DNA of 62,286 nt, counting the filler, from Callorhinchus milii (Eukaryota): assembly GCF_018977255.1 (NCBI RefSeq). It is 3 parts of 3 records of this genome, joined end to end, with 100 filler letters (N's around TTAATTAATTAA, not from the genome) between each part and the next. Parts side by side here need not be neighbours in the genome. Positions count along the whole stretch, not along the records: positions 1 to 31,190 come from NW_024704849.1; 2 more parts are not named here. The stretch is one strand, 5' to 3'. The notes under the pieces are model-generated. The model saw only the letters and a list, made by a program, of their open reading frames with translations, was not told the DNA's origin and searched no databases. The position numbers were made by a program, and so were the translations under genes. Below are positions 1-12,364 of this stretch, piece after piece; the stretch's first letter is position 1; each line of letters starts with the position of its first letter.

Positions 1-432
1 GGTTCTGGACCCAGATTGGCAGTTTGAGCTCACATTATATCGGAGATAACGCTTCAATTGTTACATTAACTGAAACTATGTCAGTTGTATTCTCGCTTCC
101 AAATTAAACCGAAATAAATGAGCATATTTCTCTTAACAAAATGTATCACATTTATTACCGCAGTGAGATCCACATAAAGGCGGCTACTTATTTTGGAGAA
201 TGTCAACACATGTAAAAAGTGACACAAATAATGTTTCTTGAGTAATCTAAATTTTGTGCCAATCATCTTTTAGACACGGTTTTTACACGTCAACTGAAGC
301 AGCAACGGTGTATGTCAGGAAAGTATGTCATTTGCAACAGGAAACACCTGTTATTGCTGCCAAGGAAGTTAGTTACAGAAAGGAACGTGACAAGTTATGT
401 CAGTCGCAGCTCATGTTATAATATTTCTTAGT

Positions 433-446
433 GCGACATCTGCTGG
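433..446 (-). promoter_or_regulatory. CTCF core motif CCAGCAGATGTCGC (one mismatch) in the F1 downstream module
   Basis: Compared by eye to CCASYAGRKGGCRS. Binding not shown. Confidence 0.55.
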
Positions 447-813
447 TGGATTGGAGCTACAGCATGTGTACATTTGTAGACAGTTGATAGCAAAAAGTTT
501 TCGGCCCGTCACAACTTTCCCGTTATGAATTTCACGACGTAAATTCAAGTTAAAGTTTCTTATTTATTATTACTTTTTCAAATAGCAAAGGAAGACACTT
601 CCATGTGCAGATCTCCGCAGAATGCAAAATATATGAAGTTATTTATGTGAAAATAACATGATCGTACTTAATAATAATAAGTATCGTTGCATTTAATACA
701 GTGCAAAATCAGATCTTCGAAACGCCACAAAACACTTTGCCGTGAATCGAACCCACGTATCTTGCTTGCTTGGTTGCTTTCGATGCGAGCGCTATAAACA
801 TTTAGCTACAGGC

Positions 814-852
814 AGTTCTTGTAGGGCGGAATCGCTGATCTGTACCTCTGTG
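814..852 (-). other. 23-spacer RSS (CACAGAG / ACAAGAACT)
   Basis: Heptamer 846-852, 23-nt spacer, nonamer 814-822. Confidence 0.92.
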
Positions 853-1992
853 GGGCTCAGTGCACAGTAATACTCCGCAGAGTCCGTAACTCTCACTTGC
901 GATATATTTAATGGGACGGTTCTCTCCCCTTTAGACACATTCGTGGAGAAACGTCCTTTTGCGAAGTCCGCGTGGTCCGGGAACTTGTTGCTGCTGTCTG
1001 TTCTTAGGATATATTCTGGAGCTTTATTGGGATAGTGACGGTACCAGAACAGATAGGGATCGCTGGTGCTTGTAGCTGTGTAATTACACTGCAGATAAAC
1101 ATTCTCCCCTTCATTCACTGTCAGAGTAGATTGCAGCTGTGTCACAGAATCTCCTCCACTATGTCCTGGGAAAGAGAAACACATCAGCGTTTAACAGCAA
1201 TAATAAAAATAATAATAATAACATGAATAATTATTGGATTTGATATAGCCCCTAATCACATGGTTGCGGTGTCTGCAAATGGTGCACATAATACACTTTT
1301 ACTTTGCAATTTGTGGGCGACACGTGGCAGTTAATTGCGCACAGCATTCACCCACAAACAGTAATGGAATGATTGACAGCATTTTTATTGTTAATATAAG
1401 TATACATTTTTTTGAAGGATTATTTACAAACGAAATATATTCCAACAATCGATTAACAAACGTGTATCTACTGACTTCTGGGCAAACAGAGTGTGTGTTT
1501 GTGGTGTAAGGTAACTTGCATAGGGTTTCGCCCTGTCTCGCCCGGGAATCGAAACCAGGTCATCTCGCTGACGAGACCAGTTCCTTGTCCGCTGAGCTAG
1601 AATTCTCCATGAGGCAGGTAGCGTATTGGTTATTTTATACAACAAACATAGGAACATACGAACAGAGAAATCAGGAACAGGAGTAGGCCCGTCGGACTCT
1701 CCAGCCTGCCTAGCCATTCAATAATATCATGACTGATCTTCTAACCTAACTCCATCTGCACTCCTGATCCCCATATCCCTTAAACCCTCTATCCTTTAGA
1801 AATCTATCAATCTCAGTCTTGAACCTGTAGATGGACTAAGCATCTACAGCCTTCTGCAGTAGAGAACTTCATAAATTCCATAAATAAACATAAGCATTTG
1901 ATAATATGTACAGGAAACAGGCTGATAGAGTTAGTTTATCGCTTACCTGATAAGGAAATGATGGTTGCTACCACATAGATATACATTATCAT
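853..1992 (-). CDS. TCR alpha/delta-type V segment, family F1, open (leader 1947-1992; V exon 853-1165)
   Basis: Leader MIMYIYVVATIISLS-G with GTAAG donor and CCCAG acceptor. Ig V-set hallmarks: DSVTQ...LQCNY, WYRHYP, DSAEYYCALSP. Followed by a 23-spacer RSS. Confidence 0.93.
1645..1880 (-). mobile_element. CR1-type LINE 3' end in the leader intron of the first F1 V
   Basis: Minus strand encodes ...FKTEIDRFLKDRGFKGYGDQ..WS*, a typical CR1 ORF2 C-terminus, followed by a tail. Absent from the other F1 introns. Confidence 0.75.
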
Positions 1993-3663
1993 ATATATTT
2001 AATGTCACAGGGCGTTGAGGGAACGTTGATGGTGCAGTTGGAGAATGTTGGCTGGGAGAGAGTAAGATACGGTGAGGAGTACTGAACAGGAATAACCTAG
2101 AGAAGTTACTCTACAATCTGAGGGAGAGGGTCTGAGGGTTACGTACAAATCTTTTGTCTCTGCGTCATTTTCTCTGCTCTGCCGTATCGCTCCTCCATTG
2201 GTTCTCTTCCATCACTAATATGTTTTTGTTCAATCGGATGTCTGAAACCTGTAGCAAGATACACCCATATGTAAGTTCATCAAACGCTCATAAATGAGTT
2301 CACATATATGTACAATGAGTAGAGTTCTGTAGCTCACGGATTAAAGCCATCGCCCCAAGCGAGAGATATCTGTTCGATTCCTGACATGGTCAACTGTTGG
2401 TCAAATTTCCTTACTCCACACTCAACACTGTTTACAGCGCAGTAAGTACGAATCTGGTAGATAGTCGATTGCTGGTTTACTTTCTGGGTATAATATCCTG
2501 TTTCGCCTTCAAAATGCACAGCCACTATAATTTAGAGATTTTTCTGTGAAGCGCATTGAGACATCTCAGAGGCGAAATTATTCGCTCTATTCAATGTCAA
2601 GGTTTATTGTAATACAGATAATCAAAGAAGGCAGAAACGGTATTCAGTGAAGCCACTGAGTGTGTGCAGATGGCAAAATGACCTAATGTGTGTTGGCTTC
2701 ACATCCCCGGGGCAGCTGTCAATTTGGTAACGAAGTGAAACGAGCCATTGAGAGGGTTCAAAGCGAAAGGGTAGGAGCCACGTTTCGTCAGCAGTTTCTC
2801 AGCTTTCTCACCCCCAATTAGTTGAGAGTTTTCTTCTTGCCGCTCTCCGCTCAAGGCTTCTGGGTTACAGCAGTTTGGGGACAAAACACAAGTTTCTTAG
2901 CATCATTCAATTCTACAAGCTACTGCGTTGTACTATTTATTTCGATGAATGAGACTTCACAGATTCACATTTATTTTTCTTAACCGGTGTCTGACCCATG
3001 TGGGGACATACATAGCCATTCTTTTTAATATCCAAACCAACCTGTGTGATATAATAATCGCCAATGCCTTGCATATCAAACCTGATCACTTTTTCGAGTA
3101 ATCTATACGAACTTCGCAGGAAAAAGTGTATCGACAGTGTATTTTGTAGACAACAACTTGCAGCTACGTGCACACAGCAGTGTCTCGCAAACAGTCTTCG
3201 ATCGAGTGATCAACTTTTATAATCGACTAAAAGCGATTATCCAAACTCCTGTCAACCGGGTTCCTATTTCCGGCTCAGTAAAGCAATACAGACATAATAA
3301 ACCTTGCATTTGATACAGTCCTTGATCACGTCTTCGTGACATTATGCAGCATTTCGTAGGTTGTAGAAGTAGGGAATTGACTGTGTCTGCTATGGGATAA
3401 TTACGGCAGCCGAATGCACACAGCAGTGTCCCACAAACTCTTGTGGAATTAAGTGAATTTCTCTTTTCTTTTTAAAGCAATTATTAGCCCCGGAAAAGCG
3501 ATCCGCCAGTCAACTAACAGACATGTTGCTACACCCTGCGAAGTAAACAGACGCATGTGGAGTAAAAAAAGTAGCACAACATTTTGCCCGAACGGAAACC
3601 GAACCCAGGCCCTCACGCTGCGGAGGCGAGTGCTCTAATCATTGAGCTACAGTAAACCCAACA

Positions 3664-3702
3664 TGTTTTTGTACAGGTCCCTCATGGATACACAGCACTG
3701 TG
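3664..3702 (-). other. 23-spacer RSS (CACAGTG / ACAAAAACA)
   Basis: Heptamer 3696-3702, nonamer 3664-3672. Confidence 0.93.
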
Positions 3703-4163
3703 CTCTCCACACAGAAGTAAATTGCGGTGTCTGACATTCGCACATCTTCGATGGTTAGCGTGCAGTTTTTCTGTTTTCGCTCAGCCAAAGCACTTATCCT
3801 GTCCTTCATATTTGCGTCACTTTTTCCCAAAACCAAGAACCGATAGGAGCCGTTTCCATAATGTTTGTACCAGTGAAAGACAGGGTTGGTCACAGTGGCG
3901 ATGCATTCCAAACAACCATTTTTCATTTTCATTCACTGTCAGGGCGTGAGGTGTCTGTGAGACATCGCTTGCGGCCAAGACGCCTGGAAAGACAGCAGAA
4001 ATGAACATTATTGAAAAGGAATTCGGAAAATATCTGCCACGACAATTTGTTAATATTTAGCAGGAAAAATAAGCAGTTGCTTGAAAACAATCATAATCTA
4101 CTTACACGATACAAGTACACTAAGATTCAAAGTAATATATTTTGCATTGTAATTCTGCTTCAT
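3703..4163 (-). pseudogene. V segment, family F2, +1 frameshift in FR1 (leader 4106-4163; V exon 3703-3983)
   Basis: V exon is 281 nt versus 280 nt in both paralogues. The frame breaks at the T5 run 3919-3923, splitting it into two ORF-track entries. Ends in DTAIYFCVES with an intact RSS. May be an assembly error. Confidence 0.85.
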
Positions 4164-5726
4164 TCTCAACTGCCGTCGATTCACGTCAATATCTTCGGTT
4201 GAAATGCAACGAAGAATTACCTAAACGTAGTGTTTGGCTGATAAACGTTTGTCCATTGGAGGAGTTGTCTCTTGTCTCCGCGTCATTATCTTGTCTCTGT
4301 TCATTGCTGGAGGTGTATTGCGACTCCTACTACCGTTTATGTTCAGATTCCCTTCACCTCGCTATGGCAAACTATAGTAATGTGTGAAAGACACAGTGCT
4401 GAGAGACCGAGTTAGAATGACTGAAATGATACTTCTCGAATTGTTTCACAGAATATACTGTAAAATTGATTGACTCTGTATTTCTAGAGCGAAGCCAATT
4501 GGGAACAATTGTATCGCACAAAGAATCGTGGATTGAATAACCAATTTATTATAATTTATTTTCAAAGTATTGTAAAAGCGATCCGCCAACCGACTACTGA
4601 ACATGTTCGTCCTAATCTGAGTGCTAAGCAGTGGTGTGTGGAGCAAGGAAACCTGCCCAAAATTTCGCGCTGACGAGAATGGAAACGACATCTCCTGATT
4701 GCGAAGTGTGGGCTCTAACAACGGAGATATTGGATCCAGGTGTCCTGAGCAAAGACTTCGATAAATCGAATACTTGCAGGAACAGCGAATGAGAGAACTG
4801 ATGGTGAAGGGAATGAGATAGATATGTCCTCAAGATTGTGCAGTGAACAAGTGTAGAATTTTTAGGATATAAGAAAGAGCTTCCCCAGGAACTGTGAAAC
4901 CAGAAGAGTCAGAGAATCCTGAAGCACCATTACATGGTGTGGACAGATTACCTACAATTTGTAATGAACTTTGATTCCTATACTGTAACTTTCTAGAACA
5001 TCCTTTGTTCAGAATGGGAAGTATAAAACAAGGAACGGGACGAGGTTTACAAGCTTCTGAAAACGATTGGAAGTGAGTCCTGGAATGTGCGTTATTGAAC
5101 CACTTTTCATCTGCCATTCAGCCAGTGATGTCTCGTCAAAATATCAGCGCACCCGCGCAATCAGTAGTCAGAATCCGCAATATATTCCTCAAGCTGGTGC
5201 CAAAATAATCATATTAATCATAATCTTAATGCTTGCATTTAATACAGAGTCTTGTCATACAATTGAGATGACTCCGGGCTATATTGCACAGTGTAGCGAC
5301 CGTGATTTTAGGGTTCATAACGTGGTAGTCTGTTGAGTAAAATCATTGTTGTTAATATCATGTTCTAAGGGATTATTACTCCAGGAAAAGCGATTGGCCA
5401 ATCGACTGACAACCGTGTTCCAACTTCTGCTGGGTATACAGAGGCATGTGTGTGGAGCAAAGAAACTTACACATCGTTTGCTTCCGACCGAGAATCGGAC
5501 CACGGTCTTCTCGCTTGCGCAGTGAATATCTAACTAACACACTGATGCATCTCGACATATTTCACTGATTTATTGCAATGATCACATGTTAAGCGTTGCT
5601 TGCATTCTACAAATCATGGATTTCAAACTCAAGCAATATTTCTCCATGAGTTTCGAAACGGCTTGAAAGATTTTCCCTATATTTAAGCAGATATAAAAGT
5701 TGTTTTATTTTTGCTTTAATGCAACG

Positions 5727-5740
5727 TCGCCCCCTCGCGT
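5727..5740 (-). promoter_or_regulatory. CTCF-like motif ACGCGAGGGGGCGA, 23 bp 3' of the F3 nonamer
   Basis: Retains the central AGGGGGCG. A positional homologue exists at 25992-26005. Confidence 0.45.
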
Positions 5741-5763
5741 AAAACAGCATATTAACCTGTTCA

Positions 5764-5802
5764 AGTTATTGTACGGAGCCGCCATAGCACCGCAGCGGTG
5801 TG
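5764..5802 (-). other. 23-spacer RSS (CACACCG / ACAATAACT)
   Basis: Heptamer 5796-5802, nonamer 5764-5772; both deviate from consensus. Confidence 0.85.
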
Positions 5803-6578
5803 GGCCGCTTGGCGCAGTAATACACGGCACTGTCCCTGATCAGGACGTTGACAATACTCAGTTCGAAATCTTCATTAGTATTATTGACTATGGAGGAAAA
5901 TCGATCTGGGAAGTCAGGGCTCATATAATCCTTCCCTACAGCAGACTGAAGTATGTAGACAGGAGCGTTTCTGGAAGCTTGTCTGTACCAGTAAAGATAG
6001 GTGGCATCACTGATTTTCTTTAAGGTGCAGGATAATTTCACAAATTTTCCCTCTTCAACTGATATTTCAGCAATCGGTTGTTTCCCCGTGTCTTGCAGGC
6101 TGACTCCTGTGATTTAAAGGAAAATATTGTTGAGCAGAAAATTTGACTTACGTGGAGTCCTGTAGTGTTTGATGGGAGCATTCGCCTCACAAGCAAGAGA
6201 TTCAGCTTTTATACTGGGGCAGGGCGAAAGCTTAGGCAATTTTTCTTGCTCCATATGCCTCTGTTTACCAAGCAATCAATAGGAACAAATTTATCAGCCG
6301 ATTGGCGCCTCTCTTTTCCAGTTGGTAACTAGCCCTTCAATAATAAATCAATAATAAAATAGATAGTAATGTGATCACTCAATCCATGATTATTCGATAA
6401 AAGCTGCTATTCGCAATCGGCTCGAATATACGATAAGGCACTGTATCAAATGCAAAGATTATTAATATTATAATGTTGTAAATGGTATAACACGATATTA
6501 AGAAAGGAAGATGTACAAAAGATACAAACGGCAAAGTAAGCTGAGAGTGATTGAGAGCACAGCACATGTCTCCCACAT
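5803..6578 (-). CDS. V segment, family F3, open (leader 6530-6578; V exon 5803-6106)
   Basis: Leader MWETCAVLSITLSLLC-R with a weak GTTTGT donor (GTTAGT in the paralogue) and CACAG acceptor. Protein shows VKLSC, WYRQAS, DSAVYYCAKRP, then a 23-RSS. Confidence 0.85.
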
Positions 6579-6660
6579 CAGCATCCTGATCCCGTGTCTG
6601 ACATTAACTCCCCAATGTGGATTGATGGGGCTTTTTGGCTCAGTAGCCACAAAGTTACAT

Positions 6661-6906
6661 CCCCGCCCACAAAGAGAGCCCGGCCCACACAGTCATTGCC
6701 ACGCCCACAAATCTACGTCGCTCAATCACTGCCCCGCCCACACAGAGCCCCGCCCACACAGTCACTGCCACGCATACAGAGCTACGTCAATCAGCCACTG
6801 CCCCGCCCGCACTGAGCCCCGCCCACACAGCCACCGCCACTTCCACAGAGCTACGTCACTCAGTCGCTGCCCCGCCCGCACTGAGCCGCATCGCCCAATC
6901 ACTGCC
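6661..6906. repeat. About 3.5 copies of a ~69-bp GC-box/CRE-containing tandem repeat in the F3 promoter region
   Basis: Unit GCCCCGCCCACACAGAGCCCCGCCCACACAGTCACTGCCACGCCCACAGAGCTACGTCACTCAGTCACT, starting ~80 bp upstream of the leader ATG. Confidence 0.85.
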
Positions 6907-8182
6907 GTTGCATTACTCCGCCCACCCACACAGAGCTCCGCCCCCTCCACTCCCACCACACAAACACACGAAGTGCCACACAATCAGGTCATTCAATTCA
7001 CAACAATGTTGGGCCGCTGTTTTACACAGTTGGCTACCAAGTTTGGCCCACATATTCTAACGACCCATCCAAACCATCCCCCCTCCACCCCACACGCCAC
7101 TCTCACCCACTCTCACAGTGCCGCAAATTAAGGGAACTCAAACCACAACATTTTGTGGGATACTGCTGTAATCAATTGGCATAAAAAAATATAGTCACTA
7201 CACTTTTCAGCGTTTTCTGTGAAGTGCTCTGAGACGTCTCAATGACATAATATTGCAGTATATCAAATGCAACTTTTGCTTTTATTATCGTTATGATTAC
7301 AATGTTGAATAAGATATGCCCTTACTAATGTTTTTAGTGTTCGGGTTCAGAAATGCTTTTATCAAATACAGCCTTGTCGTTTAGTCGATACGCCTCTAAC
7401 CTCCTCAAACAATTTGTATGCAACACTTTCCTACGAACAGCTATGAATGAAAGATGAATTTAACTGATGGAAAGTCTGTCCAGACACCGGTTGAAAACTT
7501 TCTCGAGCATTGCAATGGCATCACTATAGTCCCTTCATGCAAGCCGCCTGGGCCTGGGTTTAATATCTCCTCGGTAGGACAAGCTTCACCAACAATACTG
7601 ACAGCCAGGCCTGCTCTAGAGTGTCAGACCAGAACAGCAGAACATAATCCAATCTGTATTTCACAGTGAGCAGTTTGGTCGCTTTTGAATGTTTCAGTTG
7701 CGGGATGACATATCAATGATCTTTTTAAATTGCATAGTAATAAACGTATTAAATAGCTCAATGTTCACGTTTAATGTCGTTGCCTGAACAAACTGTGAGG
7801 AGCAGATTTTTTTTTCACACTGTCAGTGGTTCTGATCTTGAATGCATTGCCTGAAAGGTTGGCAGAAGCCGATACTGTAAACAAATGTCAACAGAGAATT
7901 GCTATACCGCAGAAAAAACAATTTAAGAGCGGCTGCTAATCGAAAGTAAAGGCAATAATAGAAAATAGGTGAGATAGAAATTGTTTCATGAGCAACCTAG
8001 GCCTTGTATTAATACTTTAGGCAAATATTTGTAAATAACTGTTGAAGCAGCAATAGTGTGTGAGTGAAATATGTCAACTGCAACAGGAAGCACCTGTTAC
8101 TGCTGCAAATGAAGGTAGTTACACAAAGGCGCGTGACGTGTTATGTGAGTTGCAGCTCATGTTATTTGTGTTTTTATTTAGT

Positions 8183-8196
8183 GCGCCATCTGCTGG
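8183..8196 (-). promoter_or_regulatory. CTCF core motif CCAGCAGATGGCGC (perfect match)
   Basis: 14/14 match to CCASYAGRKGGCRS. Confidence 0.7.
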
Positions 8197-9554
8197 TGGA
8201 TTATAGCTACAACACGTACACAATAGGAGAGGTTTCATAGCATAATTATTTTGGACCCGTCTTGCCTTTCCTTGGTGCTATCTTCTCCACAGGATGTTTG
8301 TGCATTAGTCTAATTTCCCTGCTCGTTCCCCTTATTTTCTATTCCTCTCTGGAACATTCGGATATTCGGTGTCATTCACATTCTTTTACATTGACGTGTC
8401 TCTCTGCTAACACTTGCTGTGCCACTTGCTCCTCCATTTCTATTCATTTCCTTGCCTTATTATTTCGTCGATTATATCGTTTGACTGAACAATTAACTGA
8501 CTTGGAGCATTTTGCACCAGAGTGACAACATATTGACACTTATTCAATCAGTTCACATCAGGACTTCGTCGCAAGTCAAATGTGCTCACTAGACTTTAAA
8601 TGAAATGTAATGTTCATTCTTCTTTAACTTCAATACACTAAATTGTTTCGTTTCTTTAGTGACTCGCCAAGACGCTCCCATACGTGGAAAGCGCTAACTA
8701 GGAATAGGAGCAGACCATCAGGTCCTTGAGTTTGTTCCAACGTTATATTACATCATGGCTGATTTATCTCTCAACACATATTCTAATCTTTTCTCCGTAA
8801 CCCTTGAAATTCTGAACTAAAATGAATGTATCCAACTAAGTCGGCAAAATATGAATGGAACCAACCTCTCCAGATTCCTTGTGGAAGTTTTCCAGGTTTC
8901 CTTAAATTTTTCGTAATTTTTTCCTACCATTTTTCTGCTAACTGGACTGGCTCTAATACACCCTTATTCTGCATTTCCCCAAAAGCCAGAAGTAACAGTT
9001 TCTCTATAGATAGAGGAAATAGTTTTTGTTTAAGCAATATAAAAGGAAATTGTTTGCTTTGATGTTTACTTACTTACTAATGCAGCATAGTAAGAATATT
9101 GCACATGGCAGCGCTCCCCAGAATGCAAGACATTTTTAAATATTACTGGAATGATAACATGACTACAGTTAATAACAACAATAATAATAGTTGCATTTGA
9201 TACAGCGCCATATCACATCTTCGAGACGCCACTCAGTGCTTCATTCAATATGCAGTAAACGAATTGACTGCATAGTGTGAGGGCGAAGCACGGCAGCACA
9301 TTGTATATATCGGTGTCTCATTGGATGAAGTGACCAATTTATTATCAACACTATTATTCAGAAGGAATTATTGACTCTGAAAAATCGATACTCCAAACGA
9401 TTAACAACCTGCTTCCTATTTGCTGCTGGTAACCAGAGCCCAGTGTGTGGAATAAGGAAAGTTGCGCAATGATTCGTACTGCAGGTCATTGAACCAACGT
9501 CTATCGCTTGTGAGGCAAGTGCTGTAACCACTGAGCCACAGGACCCCACATGGC

Positions 9555-9593
9555 AGTTTTTGTAGGGCGGAACCGCTGATCTGTGCCTCTGTG
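9555..9593 (-). other. 23-spacer RSS (CACAGAG / ACAAAAACT)
   Basis: Heptamer 9587-9593, nonamer 9555-9563. Confidence 0.93.
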
Positions 9594-10440
9594 GGGCTCA
9601 GTGCACAGTAATACCCCGCGGAGTCTGTAACTCTCACTTGCAATATATTTAATGGGACGGTTCTCTCCGCTTTAGACACATTCGTTGAGAAACGTTCTTC
9701 TGCAAAGTCCGCGCCGTTCTTGATCCTGTTGTTGGTGTCTGTGCTAAGGATATATTCTGGAGATTTGTTGGGAAAGTGACGGTACCAGAACAGATAGGTA
9801 TTGTATTCGCTTGTAGCTGTATAATTGCACTGCAGGTAAACATCCTCCCCTTCAGTCACTGTCACAGTAGATTGGAGCTGTGTTACAGCGTCTCCTCCAC
9901 AATGTCCTGGGAACCAGACCCATATCAGCGTTCAATACCATAACAATAATCATCATACAAATTATTGCTTTTCATACAGCGCCATACTACATCATTGCGT
10001 CTCCAAATGCTTCATAGAATATTCTGAGAATGTGTATTGTGTGGGCGACAGTGGCAGCAAATTGCGCACAGCATTTTCCTAATAAAAATTCATGGAATGA
10101 CTGATAGCATTATTATCACTCGTACCCGTTAAGAGATTATTAACACCGAAAACTGATCCGACGATCGACCAACGAACGGGTACCTACATATCTCGATGTA
10201 CAAAGTGGTGCGTGTGTGGAGGAAGGAAACTTGCCTGAGGTTTCGCTATGTCCAAGCCGGGAACTAAACCCAAGTCAACACGTTTGCTGCAGGAATGCAT
10301 GAGTCGTGTACCGTATTGGTTATGTAATGCAAAATATATATTCATTGGATAATATGCACATGAAGCAGACTAATAGAGCGAGTTTGTCGCTTACCTGACA
10401 AGGTAATGATCACTGCTACCACATAGACATACATTGTCAT
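9594..10440 (-). CDS. V segment, family F1, open (leader 10395-10440; V exon 9594-9906)
   Basis: Leader MTMYVYVVAVIITLS-G. V exon LQCNY...WYRHFP...DSAGYYCALSP. Canonical splice sites and 23-RSS. Confidence 0.93.
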
Positions 10441-11140
10441 ATGTATTAATGTCACGGGACGTTGTGAGAGCGTTGAGGGTGGAGTTGGAGAAAGTTGGCT
10501 GGGAGGATGTAAGATACCGTGAGGAGAGCTAAATAGGAAATAACATACAGAAGTTGTCATATTCTGTGAGGGAGCAGGTCTGAATGTTATGTACAAACCT
10601 TGTGTCTCTGTCGTTGTGCGTCACCTTCTCTGCTCTGCCATCTCACTCATCCAATGGTTCTCTTCCACCAGTGACATGTCTTTGTAGAGCAGTGTGTCTG
10701 CACACAGTTACACCCATATTCCAGTTCACGAAAACACATACATCAGTTCCACACATATATGCCATCTTCGCGTGTAAATGTGCCTATGGAAACGATTTTT
10801 TTCTTTCCCCCTGGAGGAACGCATAGTGTTTGCTTAATTTAACAGACTACTGGTGCTGACAGGCAAGAGACAAGATTTGGTGAGGTATATCTATTTTGGG
10901 CTCCATTCTGGTACATTAGTTCGCTTTTGTTGTTATGTTCAACCGCTGTCTGCTGGCAGGAAAAAGCGTTTTTTTCTAAAGAAACCGGTTCCCCTAGCTT
11001 GCAAAACGACTGCTTAATCCCATGCACAACAAGACAGCACAGCCTGTTTACACCACTCTCCTTGTTATCATTGTATAACCGCATCAGTTTGTTGAAAGCA
11101 CCAAATTAAATGTGTGAGCGGAAGTCATGACTTTCTGCTG

Positions 11141-11179
11141 AGTTTTTGTACGGGGTATGTGCCTTCCTGTAACAGTGTG
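11141..11179 (-). other. 23-spacer RSS (CACACTG / ACAAAAACT)
   Basis: Heptamer 11173-11179, nonamer 11141-11149. Confidence 0.92.
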
Positions 11180-12364
11180 GGCTCCAGGGCACAGTAATAC
11201 AGTGAGTAATAATAATTACAGTGAGTGCGATGCCCAGTCACAGCATTACAGTGAGTGCGAAGCCCAGTCAAAACATTACAGCATTTGTGGAGTCCTGTAG
11301 CTCAGTGGTTAGAGCACTCGCTTTGCAAGTGAGAGACCCGAGTTCAATTCCAGGCAGAGGGCGAAACCTTGGGAAAGTTTACTTACTCCACACAGAGCTT
11401 AATAATAATCCCTCGAATAAACCAACAACAATAATAAATTGGTCATTTTCAATCTACGACTGTTTGTGGGACATTGCTGTGCGCAATTGGCTGCCGCGTT
11501 CGCCCACAAATATACAGTCAATTCACTTTACAGTGTGTTCTGTGAAGCGCTTTGGGACGTCCTCCCGACGTGAAAAGCGCTATATCAAATGCAAGGATTA
11601 TTATTATTATTATTAATACACAGTGCTGTCACCCACAACAGCCCCGAGTATCTGCAGCTTAGTTACTTTATTCTTCTTGATCAGCTCAGCAGTGAATCGT
11701 TCAGGTAGATCAGGAGATTTGTCAACCGTTCCAGAGGTAAATATCTTGAGCGCGTATTGAAGAGCTCCGCCGGGGTTTTGCCTGTACCAGAAGACAGTGT
11801 CCAATCTTGAAATATTGCAGTTTAGTATCACGTCTTGCCCTTCAATTTCTGTTTTCTCGCGAGGATATTGTGATACAACATCTTGCCCGCTAACTTCTGC
11901 AAAAGCAACAACAACACATTTTTCCGAGCAACTTAAAATTTGCTTTTATCCACTTTATGGAGCACGTTACCGGACAGTACATCAGTCTCAAAGAAACCAC
12001 AGAATATATTGCAAAGCGAATTGATTATATTTTTGCGAAACTGAGCAGACAAAACCGCAGTATTTCACCGATATTATTGTAATATTATACGATAATGGGT
12101 TATTGACCTCCGATAGCGATCGGGGAATCGACTATCAACATGTTTCCTACATAATGCTGTGGAAACAGATTGGTGAGGTGTGAGCAAACGCATTGAAAGG
12201 TTTCATTGCCTGCAATCAAACTCGGGTTCTCTCGCTGGTGAGGCGACCTCTCTAAACATTATGCTTCGGAATTTTATGATGTAAAAATCATGCACTGTGC
12301 ATGTCCACACATACTTACTGGCTATGGTGAGGATTGCTATCAGTAACTGGCAGAGAGCTGTCAT
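11180..12364 (-). pseudogene. V segment, family F4, split by a SINE insertion in the YYC motif (leader 12319-12364; V exon 11180-11896 including 419-bp insert)
   Basis: Leader MTALCQLLIAILTIA. Exon reads ILNC...WYRQNP...DSTVY and is then interrupted; the remainder YCALEP and the RSS lie at 11141-11200. 7-bp TSD TAATACA at 11195-11201 and 11614-11620. Confidence 0.9.
11285..11613 (+). mobile_element. Young tRNA-headed SINE (DeuSINE-like body, L2-like tail, (ATT)n end)
   Basis: A box TAGCTCAGTGG, B box GAGTTCAATTC. Body CTGTTTGTGGGACATTGCTGTGCGCAATTGGCTGCCGCGTT recalls the AmnSINE1/SacSINE1 domain (from memory). Flanked by a TSD. Confidence 0.88.

Noticed and set aside
5803-6578. F3 as a leaderless supporting V-delta of a NAR-TCR-like double-V receptor
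   Set aside because: A 49-nt leader exon (MWETCAVL...) with a phase-1 GT donor is present in both copies, and no D or J segment was found between F1' and F3.
10943-10956. CCAGCAGACAGCGG as an F4-associated CTCF site
   Set aside because: Two mismatches in the high-information half and no counterpart behind the other F4 copy.
11285-11360. tRNA genes at SINE heads (also ~2330, ~14030-14087, ~47930-47990)
   Set aside because: A and B boxes are present, but there is no acceptor stem, and each continues into the SINE body.
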